From an uncultured Acidobacteriota bacterium (GTDB taxonomy: Bacteria > Acidobacteriota > UBA6911), in the NCBI GenBank assembly GCA_963827655.1, contig CAWHCF010000044.1, positions 1-64,000 of the forward strand: 64,000 nt of DNA, read 5' to 3'. The notes under the pieces are model-generated. The model did not search any database and was not told the DNA's origin. It saw only the letters and a list, made by a program, of their open reading frames with translations. Positions 1 to 11,676 of the stretch are shown piece by piece. Position 1 is the stretch's first letter, and each line of letters opens with the position of its first letter. The translations under genes were made by a program, and so were the position numbers.

Positions 1-629
1 GCAACAACTGATGGCGCAGGCGGAGGAAGCCCGGGTGAAATTCGTCGAAGCCCCGAATCCCTACCTGTGCATGGCGGAGTTAGTAATTGTCTTCAGGCTC
101 AAGCGGGAAGAAACATCTTGGATGCTCTTGAGCAGTACTGATCTGTCACGCCAATCTCGCAGGAGTACTATAAGAATTGTGGTTCTCCTATTTAGCCATC
201 TTCTGCGCGCAGGCTTGGAACCTCGCGGGAGGCGGATGTGCGGAGGAAGCGGGGTGTTCGTACGGGCGGTTTTCCTAAGTGTGAAGTTCGGTTGTCAGGC
301 GGAGCTTATAAGGACGAGGGGTTTTGGGCCCCGCCAAATTGGCTGCCAAGTGAGTAGGTTTTGGACTCTCAAAGGGAGGGAATTATCTCGGAAAGAAATG
401 GTGACAAAGCCAGGTTTTGCCGAGAACGAAAGAAAAGGATTCTCCGCCGGCAGCGCATCCGAGAATTGCGGAGGTTGCCGGGACATGAAACAAGACAACA
501 ACGACAACAAGCGCCAACTCCAGTTAAAGAGAAAACAGCACGTATGGTTCGCGGTCGACGGGAGTTCCTCCGCACTTCTACAACAAAGAAACTTCTTCGA
601 GTGCTGGTCACTTATGATCAGCATCGGAC

Positions 630-721
630 CCGAATCCTCCATAACAGTGCGCAGGCTGGAGGGAACGCCTGGTGAAGTTGCCGAAGTAGACTTTGGCCGC
701 CTGAGCTTTCTGCAGACCTGA
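630..721 (+). pseudogene. IS21-family transposase (IstA) fragment
   Basis: End of ORF 11..721 reads ITVRRLEGTPGEVAEVDFGRL, like the IstA 'R.E..PGE.AQVDFG' motif before the DDE core; the rest of that ORF looks non-coding. Confidence 0.5.
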
Positions 722-892
722 ACCAATCGTCCCCGCCTCTGCCGGGATATAAAACCCAGCTCAAGTCAGGGGGGTGGGGAAAGCCTTTTCACAAGACGGA
801 GAATTTGTCGGCCCTCACCGGATCCGTCGGCCAGAAGGCCGGCATGAGATACAAAGACTGCCAGAGAAAGGAGTGCCGTGCCGTCAGACCGA

Positions 893-2047
893 TCACACCG
901 GAACCGCCCGGTGCGCGCGATAGTTCCGAAAGGCTAGCGTCAGGATCGCGACGATGGGAATCGCAATGAAGATTCCCGCCAGACCTGCGAGCTCCGCGCC
1001 GCAAAGAATCGCTAAGATTACGCCCATGGGGTGCAAGTGAATTCCCATCCCGATGAGTTTGGGGTAGACGACGTAGTCCTGCACGACCCTGAGCACTACG
1101 AGAAAACACACCACAGCCAGCGCCTGCCCCACTGAATGGAACGCAGCGAAGATTACTGCCAAGACGCCAATCGTCAGAGGCCCAGCCAACGGGATGAACT
1201 CCAGCAGGCCAGCCGCGATTCCGAGCACTACTGCGTACGGTGTGCCGATCGCGACGAAACCGATCGTGCAAACCACGCCGATGATCAGGCAGGATGTCAC
1301 TTGGGCGCGAATGTAAGCCGCCAGCGTGTTGTTGATTTCTATAAGGAACACATCCCCACGCGACCGCAGCCGCTCCCAGGGGAAGATTCGCAAAGCGGCA
1401 TTACGCAGCACTTCCGCGTCTCTGAGCATGAAAAACGCGAGAATCGGAACGAGACTCAGCCAGGGCACATAGGTAAGCCACCCGGCGACTCGGGGAACCA
1501 GCTGTTCTGTGACATACGTTTCGCAGGCCGTCAGCGTCTGTCGAATCGCTCGATCGATCGCATCCCGCGCTTCCGCCGGAAGTGCGTGGCTCTCGTAGCG
1601 CTTCTGCCAGGTTTGCCCGCGATCCTGCGCTCGAGCGATGTAGGTCGGAGCCTCTCGTGCCAGCTCACCCAGCTGGCGATTGAAAACAGGCAGAAGGAGG
1701 ACAAGCGCACCCGCCAGCGATCCGAAGATCCATAGATAGACGACGCCGATCGCCACCGGTAGCGGAAGAACGATGTGCCGACCTCTCAGTGTGATGGGTC
1801 GGCGAACAACCCTCACAATCGGAGCGACCAGATAGGAAAAGAAGACTGAGAGAACGAGCAGGAACAGGATGCCTTTCAGGCGGTACAGAATCCACAGTGC
1901 GCAGGCCACCCCGATCACAACAAGCAGGACCCATAGCGTCCGCGATACTACGAAATCGGTTGAGTGCTTTTGAGCAGATCGCTCCCCGGAGACCCGCACG
2001 GAATCGTCTCTATCCCGTTCCAAATCGTTCACCAGCTCTGTTGCCAT
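893..2047 (-). CDS. AI-2E (PerM) family transporter
   Basis: Multi-TM ORF with YIRAQ, LLEFIPLAGP and VVQDYVVYPKLIG..HLHP motifs; likely start MATEL at 2047. Confidence 0.9.
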   Translation of the reverse strand: MATELVNDLERDRDDSVRVSGERSAQKHSTDFVVSRTLWVLLVVIGVACALWILYRLKGILFLLVLSVFFSYLVAPIVRVVRRPITLRGRHIVLPLPVAIGVVYLWIFGSLAGALVLLLPVFNRQLGELAREAPTYIARAQDRGQTWQKRYESHALPAEARDAIDRAIRQTLTACETYVTEQLVPRVAGWLTYVPWLSLVPILAFFMLRDAEVLRNAALRIFPWERLRSRGDVFLIEINNTLAAYIRAQVTSCLIIGVVCTIGFVAIGTPYAVVLGIAAGLLEFIPLAGPLTIGVLAVIFAAFHSVGQALAVVCFLVVLRVVQDYVVYPKLIGMGIHLHPMGVILAILCGAELAGLAGIFIAIPIVAILTLAFRNYRAHRAVPV

Positions 2048-2325
2048 CAGTTTGTCAGCTGGGGAGAATTGCCACCAAAGAAATCCTCCCAATCATATAG
2101 CTCTACGCTTGATTCATATAACCTGCGAGAAGTCACCCGTCTGTTCAATATAGCTCTAACGTGTGAGCGGAACGGAATATAAAAGGGATAGTCCGAACAG
2201 TTGGTGAATAAAGCGGACTTGGGCGACGACATCATCTTTGGCTACACGACGGACTCGTCCCTTGCGGATCATACATCGATGTCGTTTCGCTTGCTTTTCC
2301 GCACTCGCCGTCGAATACTGCCGGA

Positions 2326-3737
2326 ATGCACAGGCGAGGATTTCTCATGGCTGCGGCTACGGCTACGGCCGCGGCGTTCGGCACACGCAGGGCGGCAGCG
2401 AGGGATGTAACGCTGAAAGGCCTCACAGCGGAGATTCCGCTCGAACAGCGAATCCGCACGATTCAGAGCTTCGTCCATAACCGCTACTACGACAGCAAAG
2501 GGTTGCTGTACTCCCACATCAATTTCGAAGAAGAGCGGCCGCATACGGCCACAGACCTCGCGGGCGCGGATCCGAACAATATCGGAACTCCGAAGGAAGA
2601 CCTGGAGAATTACGAGAATAGCTCAATGAACTCCGGCATCTTCCTGGCCGGCCAGTGCTACCGCTACATGGCGACCAAGGATCCCGAAGCGCTGGAGTAC
2701 GCTGCCAGAGCTTTCAACTCGATCGAAGTGAACTACTCACTGGCAGAAAGGGCTGCCGATCAACCGCCGATACTGATGCAGCGGGCCGGATCCATCGATC
2801 CCAACGACCGGTTCGCACCCCGCGCGGGTTGGATCTGCAAACCATATGGCGGCGTGCTCACCACCCAAACCAGCACGGAGCAGAATTTCGGTCCGGTCTG
2901 GGGAATGTACCTGTACCGAAAGATTGCGCCCGGGAAGACGCGGGCGCGCATCGATACCATGCTGGTGAACCTCGCCGATCTTTGGATGCAGAACGGTTAC
3001 AAGATCAACTTTTTCGGCGAGAACTGGGAGTTCGAGAAGTCGATGCCGCGCGCCCAGCGGCACATGCCGGTTTGGGCCTGTGTGAACCGGATCGTTTACG
3101 ATGTCAGCGGAGAGAAGCGCTTCCTCAAAGAATTCCAGCGTCTGGACGGCCTTTTTGGGGCGATGCCTTCGGCCCAGCAAACAAACTTCGGGCTGGGCAG
3201 GGAGAAATACATCAGCACCGAAGACCGCGCGTTTCACGACAAGGAAGTCATCATCGCGGACATGCTGATCGACCTGGAGCCGCAGTTCCGCGAACGTTAT
3301 GTGCGGGCAATGTCGGACTGGTGGAAGTTCGCGCAAATCGGCATGCGCGACGACTTCTTCGCCTACTACTACATCGAGCTGGACACAATATCCGGAAAGT
3401 GGCGGCCGCTGCCGAAATCGGTAAAGCCGCGACAGCTTTGGAACAGTCCGTCGATGTGGCAGAACGGGACCTTCCCCGTGTGTGGGGAGAAACGGCGGCA
3501 CGGCTTTCCGTAAGTTCACCAATGGTGGCGCGCCGAAATCCGGAACTTGCGCAACAAGCGAACGAATTTGCCTCGAAGTTGTTTGCCGGGCTCGATCGCC
3601 AACGACTGCGGTACATGATCGACCCGGAACACTCGCTGGAACCGCAGCTCCAGTTTTTGACAAATCTGTTGAGTGGAGATGCGTTGGCCTATTACCCGAC
3701 AGGGTATTGGTACGGCAAGTTCCACAAGCTTTGGTAG
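2326..3737 (+). CDS. Tat-exported hypothetical protein, possible alpha/alpha-toroid enzyme (frameshift near 3480)
   Basis: MHRRGFL twin-arginine signal; ORF 2326..3513 continues in the frame of 2655..3737 (VWGETAARLS...YGKFHKLW). Confidence 0.7.
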
Positions 3738-3933
3738 CGGATAGATTCTTTCTTCTGTGAGGCTTGTGGGATGGACTTCGGCGGAACGGGACTCCTGCGC
3801 CCGGCACCACATGCACCCACGCTAGACCCACACCCAGCCCGAACACGGACGATTTCGCCCAATTCAGGTGGAACCCTGCACGCGGGCCCCAGGAAGGATT
3901 CGGTTTAAAGGAGAGTGATTGTTTGAAACTACG

Positions 3934-3955
3934 AAGTGCGCCCGGCACAACTCGA
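3934..3955 (-). repeat. att-like duplication of the tRNA-Arg 3' end
   Basis: aagtgcgcccggcacaactcga vs aagtgcgcccggcacgactcga at 17010-17031 (21/22 identical). Confidence 0.85.
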
Positions 3956-4009
3956 CAGCCTTCATCTTCGTTTCAACGCCCGTCGTATCCTGTGCCACCG
4001 GGCCAGAGC

Positions 4010-6463
4010 TCAGGGCTTCATCCACACCGTGTAGCGGCCGATGGATTTGGGGACTGTCCAGTGCTCCTTTATGTAGGAAATGACCTCGTCGCCCACACTC
4101 GCCTGTTCCCATTTCCAGCTCGAGCTGCGTGACGATCCATCGTCGCCGACAATCAAGCGCGGAGGATCCGACTTGAGAGACTCCAACACCTCGCGCTGTT
4201 GCGCCGCCGTCATGATCTCGGCCATCAGATCGTATCGCGTCGGGTTCGGCCGGTCGCAAATGAAGTAGAGCTCCCCACCGTCCAAATAGTTTACAAGCGT
4301 GAATATGCGGTCGTTCGGCCCCGTGGCGCCACGGACGAAGCGCGCCAGCGCCTGGAAATCGCCGTCGAGATAAACGTCACCCGCGCGGGGGATGTCGGGA
4401 TACTCGTAAGGCGCCACGCTAGATACGTCCCTCGTTCCGCGCGCGAACTGATCGAGCAGATGCCCGATTCCCCCTATTCGCTCCGTCACGACGAGGGTCC
4501 CAAGAAGCAAGACACCCGCGAGAGCTCGGCCCACCTGGAGATTGGCTCTGTGGAGGTGGACGCGGACGTCGATGGCCTCGTCCAGAAGGGCGCCGATGCA
4601 CAGAATGGATGGCGCGGAGGCCGAGAGCAGGTGGTAGACGTCGGCCAGCCCGAGAGCTACGCGAAACGACGAGACCCCGAGGGCGAGCAAACCGAAGAGA
4701 ACCGTGCAGCGAACCGTCCAAGGACGCGTGAAAGCGCGGACCAGCAAGGCGCACCCGGTCACGACATAGATGGCTACGGGCACGATGAATTGGAACCACG
4801 GCTCACCTTGCGCCCAACCTTCGAACAGCCACATGGGCTCGACGAATGTTTGGGCGCTGATGGGAAACTCCCACGATCCAAAGGCACCCGACGCGGTGAG
4901 CGACAATGTCATCCAGGTCGTCTGGACCAACAGCCCTGCTTTCCCGAAGTATCCATAGAACCCCAGGACTGCCGCGACGGGAGCGGCAATTCCCGACGCC
5001 ACGAAACCGAGAGATCGTGACGCCATCCAGGCGCGTTCGCGCAAGCGGCGACCACCGCGTGGAAAAGCGTAGGCGACGGGAATCGCCAGGGCTACTGCGC
5101 CAATCGCGCATAAGCCGAACTCCTGGCTGTAAAGCAGCGCGAGCGCGATCAATCCCCCACAAGCGAACAGCAGCTTGCCCCGAGGGGGCGCCGCGTTCTC
5201 CGCGTCCTTTCCAACGACGAGACAGGTCAGCACCACGGCCGCCATGGCCCCGAATATTCGAAGACAGTCCGCCCATCCGAAGGCGCTGTACCGATCGAAG
5301 GCCAAGAAGCATCGAAGAGGCGTGTAGAAGACGGCCGCATAAAACAGGCCGACATAGAGAATCGGGCGGCGCCCAAAGAGCACGTACGCCGTGACCAGGA
5401 AAACCACGAGCCCGGCCAGATTGAGAACGAGGTGCGCGATTCTCACGTTCTCGACCGTGACGCCGAAGACGTAACAGTATGCAGCGATGAGATATTCGCG
5501 GAGGATGCCGTAGAAGGTGCCCGCGTCGGCACCAAGAAGACTGCCATGAAATGCGCTGTTCAACCACCCGAGGTGCTGCGCCTCGTGGCTAGCCATGTTG
5601 ATCGACGGGAGATCACGCATGCTCCGGGGGATGATTCCGATCGCAGCGACGGACCACAGAGCCGGAATTACGAGAACCGTCGTCAAGCCACGAGGGGGGT
5701 CGCGGTGCCGCAGGGCCACGAACAGCGCCGAGCACGCAAGCCCGGCGGCCACAAACCATCCGACGCCGGGGCGACGACAGAATCCGAGAAGCGGCAGAAG
5801 CAGCAAGGGGAGGAAGTTGATGGCGACTCGTCTCATGCGCGGCCCATCCCCTGCTCGGCCCGCGAAGTACGTTGCGGCCATGATCGCCACGATGAGCACT
5901 GCGAGCGCGATCGGTCCCCGTCCCGCGGGAGCCATCGCCATCCACAGTCCCCATCCGAGGGCGATGGACTCGCAAACCAGCACGATGGAACCGGCAATGG
6001 CAGGGTTCGCCGAAAGCCGCTCGGACGCGCCAGTCGCTTCCGTCGAAAGCACGGTCGAGATGGCCAAGACTGCCGCCGCCAAGGCTCCGAGGAGGGGCGC
6101 GACGAGGCTTGCCCCAACCGTCACGCACGCCGCGACGGAGGCGGCCACGATTACGCGCGCACGAGCCGAGGCCCGTTGCAGAGCGAAACGCCAGAGCAGC
6201 ATCCAGAGCAGCCCGAAAATGCCGGCTGCCGCGAGGCAAAGAAGATAGGTGACGAATTGACCCAGGTGAAACCCGCGGGGCCAGTCTGCGGAGATTTCGT
6301 ATGTGACCGGCCGCCATTTGTCGGCGAGGCGCTGACCCAACGACGGAGCGAATCGCAGCGCGAACAGGAGTCCCCCGAGCGCGGACGAGCAGAGTCCACC
6401 CGCGACTGCGAATCTGGCAGTCTCGTGCTGCGGAGCAGTCGTTCCGAAAGCGATCGACATCAA
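4010..6463 (-). CDS. Large polytopic membrane protein, putative GT-C-type glycosyltransferase
   Basis: 817 aa, many TM segments, HEAQ..G.D..TFYG loop, C-terminal soluble domain with YFICDRPNPTRY and DPPRLIV. Confidence 0.6.
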   Translation of the reverse strand: MMSIAFGTTAPQHETARFAVAGGLCSSALGGLLFALRFAPSLGQRLADKWRPVTYEISADWPRGFHLGQFVTYLLCLAAAGIFGLLWMLLWRFALQRASARARVIVAASVAACVTVGASLVAPLLGALAAAVLAISTVLSTEATGASERLSANPAIAGSIVLVCESIALGWGLWMAMAPAGRGPIALAVLIVAIMAATYFAGRAGDGPRMRRVAINFLPLLLLPLLGFCRRPGVGWFVAAGLACSALFVALRHRDPPRGLTTVLVIPALWSVAAIGIIPRSMRDLPSINMASHEAQHLGWLNSAFHGSLLGADAGTFYGILREYLIAAYCYVFGVTVENVRIAHLVLNLAGLVVFLVTAYVLFGRRPILYVGLFYAAVFYTPLRCFLAFDRYSAFGWADCLRIFGAMAAVVLTCLVVGKDAENAAPPRGKLLFACGGLIALALLYSQEFGLCAIGAVALAIPVAYAFPRGGRRLRERAWMASRSLGFVASGIAAPVAAVLGFYGYFGKAGLLVQTTWMTLSLTASGAFGSWEFPISAQTFVEPMWLFEGWAQGEPWFQFIVPVAIYVVTGCALLVRAFTRPWTVRCTVLFGLLALGVSSFRVALGLADVYHLLSASAPSILCIGALLDEAIDVRVHLHRANLQVGRALAGVLLLGTLVVTERIGGIGHLLDQFARGTRDVSSVAPYEYPDIPRAGDVYLDGDFQALARFVRGATGPNDRIFTLVNYLDGGELYFICDRPNPTRYDLMAEIMTAAQQREVLESLKSDPPRLIVGDDGSSRSSSWKWEQASVGDEVISYIKEHWTVPKSIGRYTVWMKP

Positions 6464-6759
6464 GTCCCAGCCGGCATGCGAAGTCGGACGACTTTACCAC
6501 TCTCGGGGGTTCTGGGTGGCAGCGATCGACACGTTCGTCCTCGTGTCGCTGGCCAGCCGCTGCCTACAACAACATACGGCGCTTACTTATTGAACCTGGA
6601 AATGGTCGACACGATGGAATCAAACCGAGCATCGCTATTCGCGAGGCGGTGCGCTGGTGCAGCTGGAAAGAGGCGCCAGCACTTCACATGGTCGCGGCGT
6701 ACCGGCCTGACCGCCTTCGCGGTTCGCGGTTATGGCCAGTCTCGCCCTGGCATGGTTCC

Positions 6760-7010
6760 ACCGCGAGCGAAGGCGGAAGACCGGGCCTACATCACCAGCA
6801 CCCAGACGCCAGCCGCAAGCAGCAGCACACCGCTTGCCCGGGCGCCGTTGTCGCCGAGCGGCGCCATTTTCGAACACGACGAAGACGGTCAGCGCCGCGA
6901 TGACGGCGAGGTTCATCACGCCGCCGGCGAAGAGCAGCAGCATCAGCGCCCAGCAGCAGCCTACACAGTACGCGCCATGTTCCAGCCCCATGCGAAAAAA
7001 GCCCCGGGGG
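6760..7010 (-). pseudogene. DUF2182 (predicted metal-binding membrane protein) C-terminal fragment
   Basis: GLEHGAYCVGCCWALMLLLFAGGVMNL motif; N-terminus absent. Confidence 0.75.
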
Positions 7011-7228
7011 GGATAGGTGGAACAAAGGCCCGTTTCCGAGAATGGGTGCCCCACCCAACGGTTCTCCACTGTTTCTGAACCGGTTTACGTCATCTTCGCG
7101 TGTTCGGGCCGGCAATTTCCCGCAACGCCGGGTATTGTATCACCGTTTTTTCCGGACTCGTTTCCGAGGGATCCTCTGTGCAGGCACACCGGGGTCGTGC
7201 GGCTCAATCCGGCGTTGGCGTCCTCAAT

Positions 7229-7675
7229 TCAGGAGATCACGGCCTCAGGGGAAATAGGCGGGGCACGGGTAGGAAAACCGAGGCACTCCAGGATTCCGCG
7301 AATCGCCTCGCGCGAATGGATGGCGGCCATGATCCTCATGCGCCCACGACAGCGATGGCACTCGAGAACGTCCACTTCCCACACGCGTCTCATGAGCTCA
7401 GCCCAGGTATAGTTGCGTGGATGGCAACGACGGGGCAGGGACTTCTCGTCATGAGAGGATTGTTTGCCGGCGCTGCATCCGTCATGAGCAACGGGATCCG
7501 CGGCGTCAAGTGCTGCTGCTGATGCCAGCGGAACGATCGACGAGCGCCAACCGGCTGCCGGGGCCAGGATTCCGTGGTATCTGACCTGGTTGAACCTGGG
7601 CGGAGGAACCAAAGCAGCGAGCTTGGCAACGAACTCCAGCCGTTCGAAGACGACATGCGTAATGCCGTCGCGCCC
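7229..7675 (-). pseudogene. IS91-family (HUH/Y2) transposase C-terminal fragment
   Basis: RDG.THVVF..LEFVAKLAALVPPPRFNQVRYHGILAP and WAELMRRVWEVDVLEC..C.GRMRI motifs. Confidence 0.85.
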
Positions 7676-7901
7676 AACGATGCTTGAGATGATACAGCAG
7701 CCGGCCATCCGGTAAAGCGGACAGGATGAACGGGAAGACTGAGTGAAATGTTTTCGTGTTTTCGATGTTTGGACGACTCTATAATCAAGCGGCCTGATGA
7801 TGACGTTCGTTTGCTGGATGCAAGCAATTGTGGATTGCACTTAGGTAATGCCCGGCGAATCGTAGGCGGGAATGGAGGCGTTGCGAGTTTAAGGAGATTC
7901 T

Positions 7902-8874
7902 ATGGCTCGCTATTTTGTTGCCGGCGGGGCGGGCTTCATTGGCAGCCACCTGGTACAACAATTGCTCGAAGAGCAGGACGTTACAGTAACCATCTTCGAC
8001 AATTTCTCGTCGGGCCGAGAGTGGCACTTGGGTAGTGCATGGCAACAACCCGCGTGTGCGGGTTGTACGTGGAGACATTAAAGACCTTCCGTCGCTTACA
8101 GGGGCTATGCAGAGTCAAGATCATGTGTATCACTTTGCGTCGAACCCGGATATTGCTAGGGCTGCTACACAGCCTGACATCGATTTTTGGGAGGGCACTT
8201 ACCTGACGCAGAACGTGCTGGAAGCAATGAGACAAAACGGCGTCCGGCGGTTGACCTATGCGTCTGGCAGCGGCATCTATGGCGATTCAGGCGACAAGCC
8301 CGTATCCGAGGACTACGCCCCACTGTTGCCCATATCCACTTATGGTGCCAGTAAGCTTGCGTGCGAGGCGTTAATATCAGCCTATTGCCATATGTTCGAG
8401 TTGAATGCACTCGTATTTCGACTCGCTAATGTGGTCGGCGCGCATCAGACTCACGGGGTTGCCTACGACTTTGTGCGCCGACTGTTACGCGATCCATCGC
8501 ACCTCTCGATATTGGGCGATGGTTACCAGAGCAAGTCGTATATATATGTAGATGATGTCATTGGCGCGATGCGTTATATAAGGAGCGAGGGGTGGCAGGG
8601 CTTTGACTACTTCAACGTGGCGACCGAGGACTATGTTACGGTGCGTGAGATCGCCGATATGGTTGTGCATAGGCTCAGCCTGAGCAACGTGGCCTACAGT
8701 TTTACCGGCGGTAAGCGTGGGTGGAAGGGCGATGTGCCCGTTGTTCGATTTGATACCCAGAAGATACGGGCGCACGGCTGGCGGCACAACCGCACTTCAG
8801 TGGAGGCTTTGCGTGATTCTATAGATTCAATAGTAGTTGATGCGAAAGAAGGGAAGTTTGACAGTGAGGACTGA
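7902..8874 (+). CDS. NAD-dependent epimerase/dehydratase (UDP-glucose 4-epimerase-like), frameshift near 8035
   Basis: AAGGAG RBS, then MARYFVAGGAGFIGSHL at 7902; continues in ORF 8035..8874 with YGASK. Confidence 0.85.
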
Positions 8875-9629
8875 ACAGATCTCTCCAGGCTCGTCTGATA
8901 GAAATGTGGTGGTAGCAGTGGGATGATGCTCACCGGTACACTCCTGCGCCTCGACACAGACGGCGCATGATGTTACGCATCATCGCCGATCTGGACTTTC
9001 GGGACTGCCTGGACGCAGGTTGTGCACAACTGTACTTGTTGCAAGAAGTAGTTCGCCGCCACGGAATCGTCGGCTACGGCTGTGACATCTCCGACCAGGT
9101 GATTGCTAAGTAACCAGAGATTGGCGCCCGATTGCAACTTCTTGACTATGGATCTATCACGCGAGACCTGGCCACAGGGCCGACAATTCGATCTAGTAGT
9201 TTGTTCCGAAGTGCTAGAACACATTCCTGACTGGCGCTCAGCGTTGAGCAACCTCGTGCGCATGAGCCGCAAATACCTGCTTATTACTGTGCCTGGCGGA
9301 AAGATCCGTCCATTGACCGCATGGTCGGGCATAGTTATCACTTCCAGGGACCAGAACTCGCATCAGAACTTCAAGAGTTAGGGTGTGAGATCGTCCAGTT
9401 ACGCAGGTGGGGCTTCCCTATTCATTCACTTTATAAGATACTAATCAACAAACTATCACCCGAGAAACTCTATGGTTCATTTTCAGAGACCCACTACGGA
9501 TTTCTTCAGGATTGTTTTCGCACGCGCTGTATATGCTCTTTTATCTCAATGAGTCTCGAATTCCGGCAATCAACTTATCCTGCTTGCTCGCAACACGCGC
9601 GCGGGCCCAGTTTTGAGCAAAGCATAATA
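8864..9629 (+). CDS. Class I SAM-dependent methyltransferase, multiple frameshifts
   Basis: Pieces YTPAPRHRRR, FDLVVCSEVLEHIPDW...LLITVP and WGFPIHSLYK lie in different frames; boundaries approximate. Confidence 0.65.
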
Positions 9630-10429
9630 ATGGAACTTAGAACGCTGTTTCAAACGCTGCTGCCTGTCGAGTTGCAGGTCCCCACTCACTTACCCCGTCG
9701 CTTACTTGCCTCGCTCGGGTATTTCGGTTTCGGACCTGGGTTGCGGCCCATGGTGACCGGTGCCGGATTCACAGCTGTATCAGCCGCTCTATTCGCCTTG
9801 GGAGGGTGAGCAGGCGTTCGAGGGCATATACCGTCAACTTCAATCGCTCACCCTTGTGAGCCGGGAACGCTGCTATATCCTTTGGAAGACGCTTCAACAA
9901 TCGGTGCATCTCCAAGGTGATTTCGTTGAGTGCGGGGTCTTCCGAGGCGGTACGGCATTGCTGGCGGCGCAGACTTTACGGGAACACATGCCGAAAGACG
10001 TAAGTTTCATCTATTTGATAGTTTTGAAGGCATGCCCAAGACCACCTGTGGCATTGACCGTTTCCGATCGGGTGATTTTTCGAGACTTCGGTCGAGGCGG
10101 TGGGTAATCTGCTCGCGCCCTACTCGTTTGTGAAGTTGCATCGCGGGTTCATACCCCACACATTTGCGGATTTGCAGATAGACCAGATTGCCTGGGCGCA
10201 TATAGATGTGGACATTTACCAAAGTGTTTATGATTGCATCAGGTACATATACCCACGACTCGTGCCGGGCGCATTTCTGATTTTTGACGACTATGGATTC
10301 CCAAGCTGTGCGGGAGCGCGCCGAGCTGTTGATGAGGCGTTCGCGATTCTACCCGAAGTGACGCTATGCTTGCCGACAGGTCAGTGTCTAGTTGTCAAGC
10401 TAGAGGGTAAGACAGTCCTGAATCGGTGA
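9630..10429 (+). CDS. TylF/MycF/NovP-family sugar O-methyltransferase, frameshifted
   Basis: GDFVECGVFRGG, LFDSFEGMP, HIDVDIYQS and FDDYG motifs spread over three frames. Confidence 0.85.
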
Positions 10430-11673
10430 GGAGGGGATATGACCGCAAGGCCAATGTCCGGTTACACGTGCCGATTATAATGGGTGTGGGCGAGTCAACA
10501 GAATCAGCGGAGAAACTTGTGTCAATCGTCGTACCATGTCTGAACGAAGAGCTAGTGATCGGCGAGTTCGTTGACTGGTGCTTTGAGGGATTGAGGCGTG
10601 CCGGTGTAGCAGGGGAAGTGCTGATCGTTGATAGCTCGACTGACCGTTCTCCCGAGATTGCCGAACAAAAAGGCGCGCGAGTGATCCGGGAGCCGAAGCG
10701 CGGGCTGGGCCAGGCATACCTGGACACGCTGCCTCATATTCGTGGCAAATATGTGATCATGGGAGATGCCGACCTGACTTACGATTTCCGCGACATAACA
10801 GCCTTCATCGCCAAGCTGGATGAGGGCTATGAATTTGTGATCGGCACCAGAATGAAAGGCTCGATTGAGCCTGGAGCCATGCCGTGGCTACACCATTATT
10901 TCGGTACGCCGCTGACAACCTTGATCCTGAACCTGATCTACCATTCGAAATACAGCGATATCCATTGCGGCATGCGGGCCATGACGCTGGATGCCCTCAA
11001 GCGCATAGACCTTCAGTCTACCTCATGGGAGTATGCCTCGGAGATGGTGCTCAAGGCAGCGCTCTTGCAACTACGCACGGCCGAGGTGCCAATCAAATTC
11101 TACAAGGACCGTGAAGGCCGCGAGAGCCACCACAGGCGCACCGGCTGGCTCTCGCCATGGTATGCCGGCTGGATCAATTTAAAGGTGATGTTTTTGTTCG
11201 CCCCGGACTTTTTTCTATTCTGGCCGGGCATACTGATGCTGATGGTCGGTCTGGGTTTGGTGGGTGCGCTTGCTCAAGGCCCTTTCATGGCAGGTGAGGT
11301 CGGTTTTGACCTGCACTGGATGTTGCTCGGCCTGACTCTGGCCACGCTGGGGTACGGCGCCTTCCATCTCGCCGTTCTGGCCAAGGTGTATTACAACTTC
11401 AGGCCGAGCCTCACCGCGCGCATTGGAAGAGTCTTTACCTATAATCGGGGTATGATCGGAGGCGCCTTGCTTATGTTGGTAGGCCTCGTGCTCGATCTGG
11501 GGCTCACTATACACTGGATCGCAAGAGGAGGGCGTCTGGAGGAGATCTCCTACCAGGGAGTGCTCGGGCTCATGTTGATCATTCTAGGATTCCAGACCAT
11601 TACGTCTACTCTCATCATGCAGATGGTGCTCATCTCGCGACGGCGCAACGGCGATAGGTCGTATCAAAGATAA
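10426..11673 (+). CDS. GT2 polyprenol-phosphate glycosyltransferase (DPM1-like) with C-terminal TM helices
   Basis: VSIVVPCLNEE, MGDADLTY, DIHCGMRA; four C-terminal TMs; true start may be 10480. Confidence 0.9.
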   Translation: MRRGYDRKANVRLHVPIIMGVGESTESAEKLVSIVVPCLNEELVIGEFVDWCFEGLRRAGVAGEVLIVDSSTDRSPEIAEQKGARVIREPKRGLGQAYLDTLPHIRGKYVIMGDADLTYDFRDITAFIAKLDEGYEFVIGTRMKGSIEPGAMPWLHHYFGTPLTTLILNLIYHSKYSDIHCGMRAMTLDALKRIDLQSTSWEYASEMVLKAALLQLRTAEVPIKFYKDREGRESHHRRTGWLSPWYAGWINLKVMFLFAPDFFLFWPGILMLMVGLGLVGALAQGPFMAGEVGFDLHWMLLGLTLATLGYGAFHLAVLAKVYYNFRPSLTARIGRVFTYNRGMIGGALLMLVGLVLDLGLTIHWIARGGRLEEISYQGVLGLMLIILGFQTITSTLIMQMVLISRRRNGDRSYQR

Positions 11674-11676
11674 GCC

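Noticed and set aside
11-630. 236-aa ORF 11..721 as a real gene
   Set aside because: No recognisable motifs apart from the terminal IS21-like piece; the composition looks non-coding
5432-7078. 548-aa plus-strand ORF
   Set aside because: Arg-rich antisense shadow of the membrane protein and DUF2182 fragment
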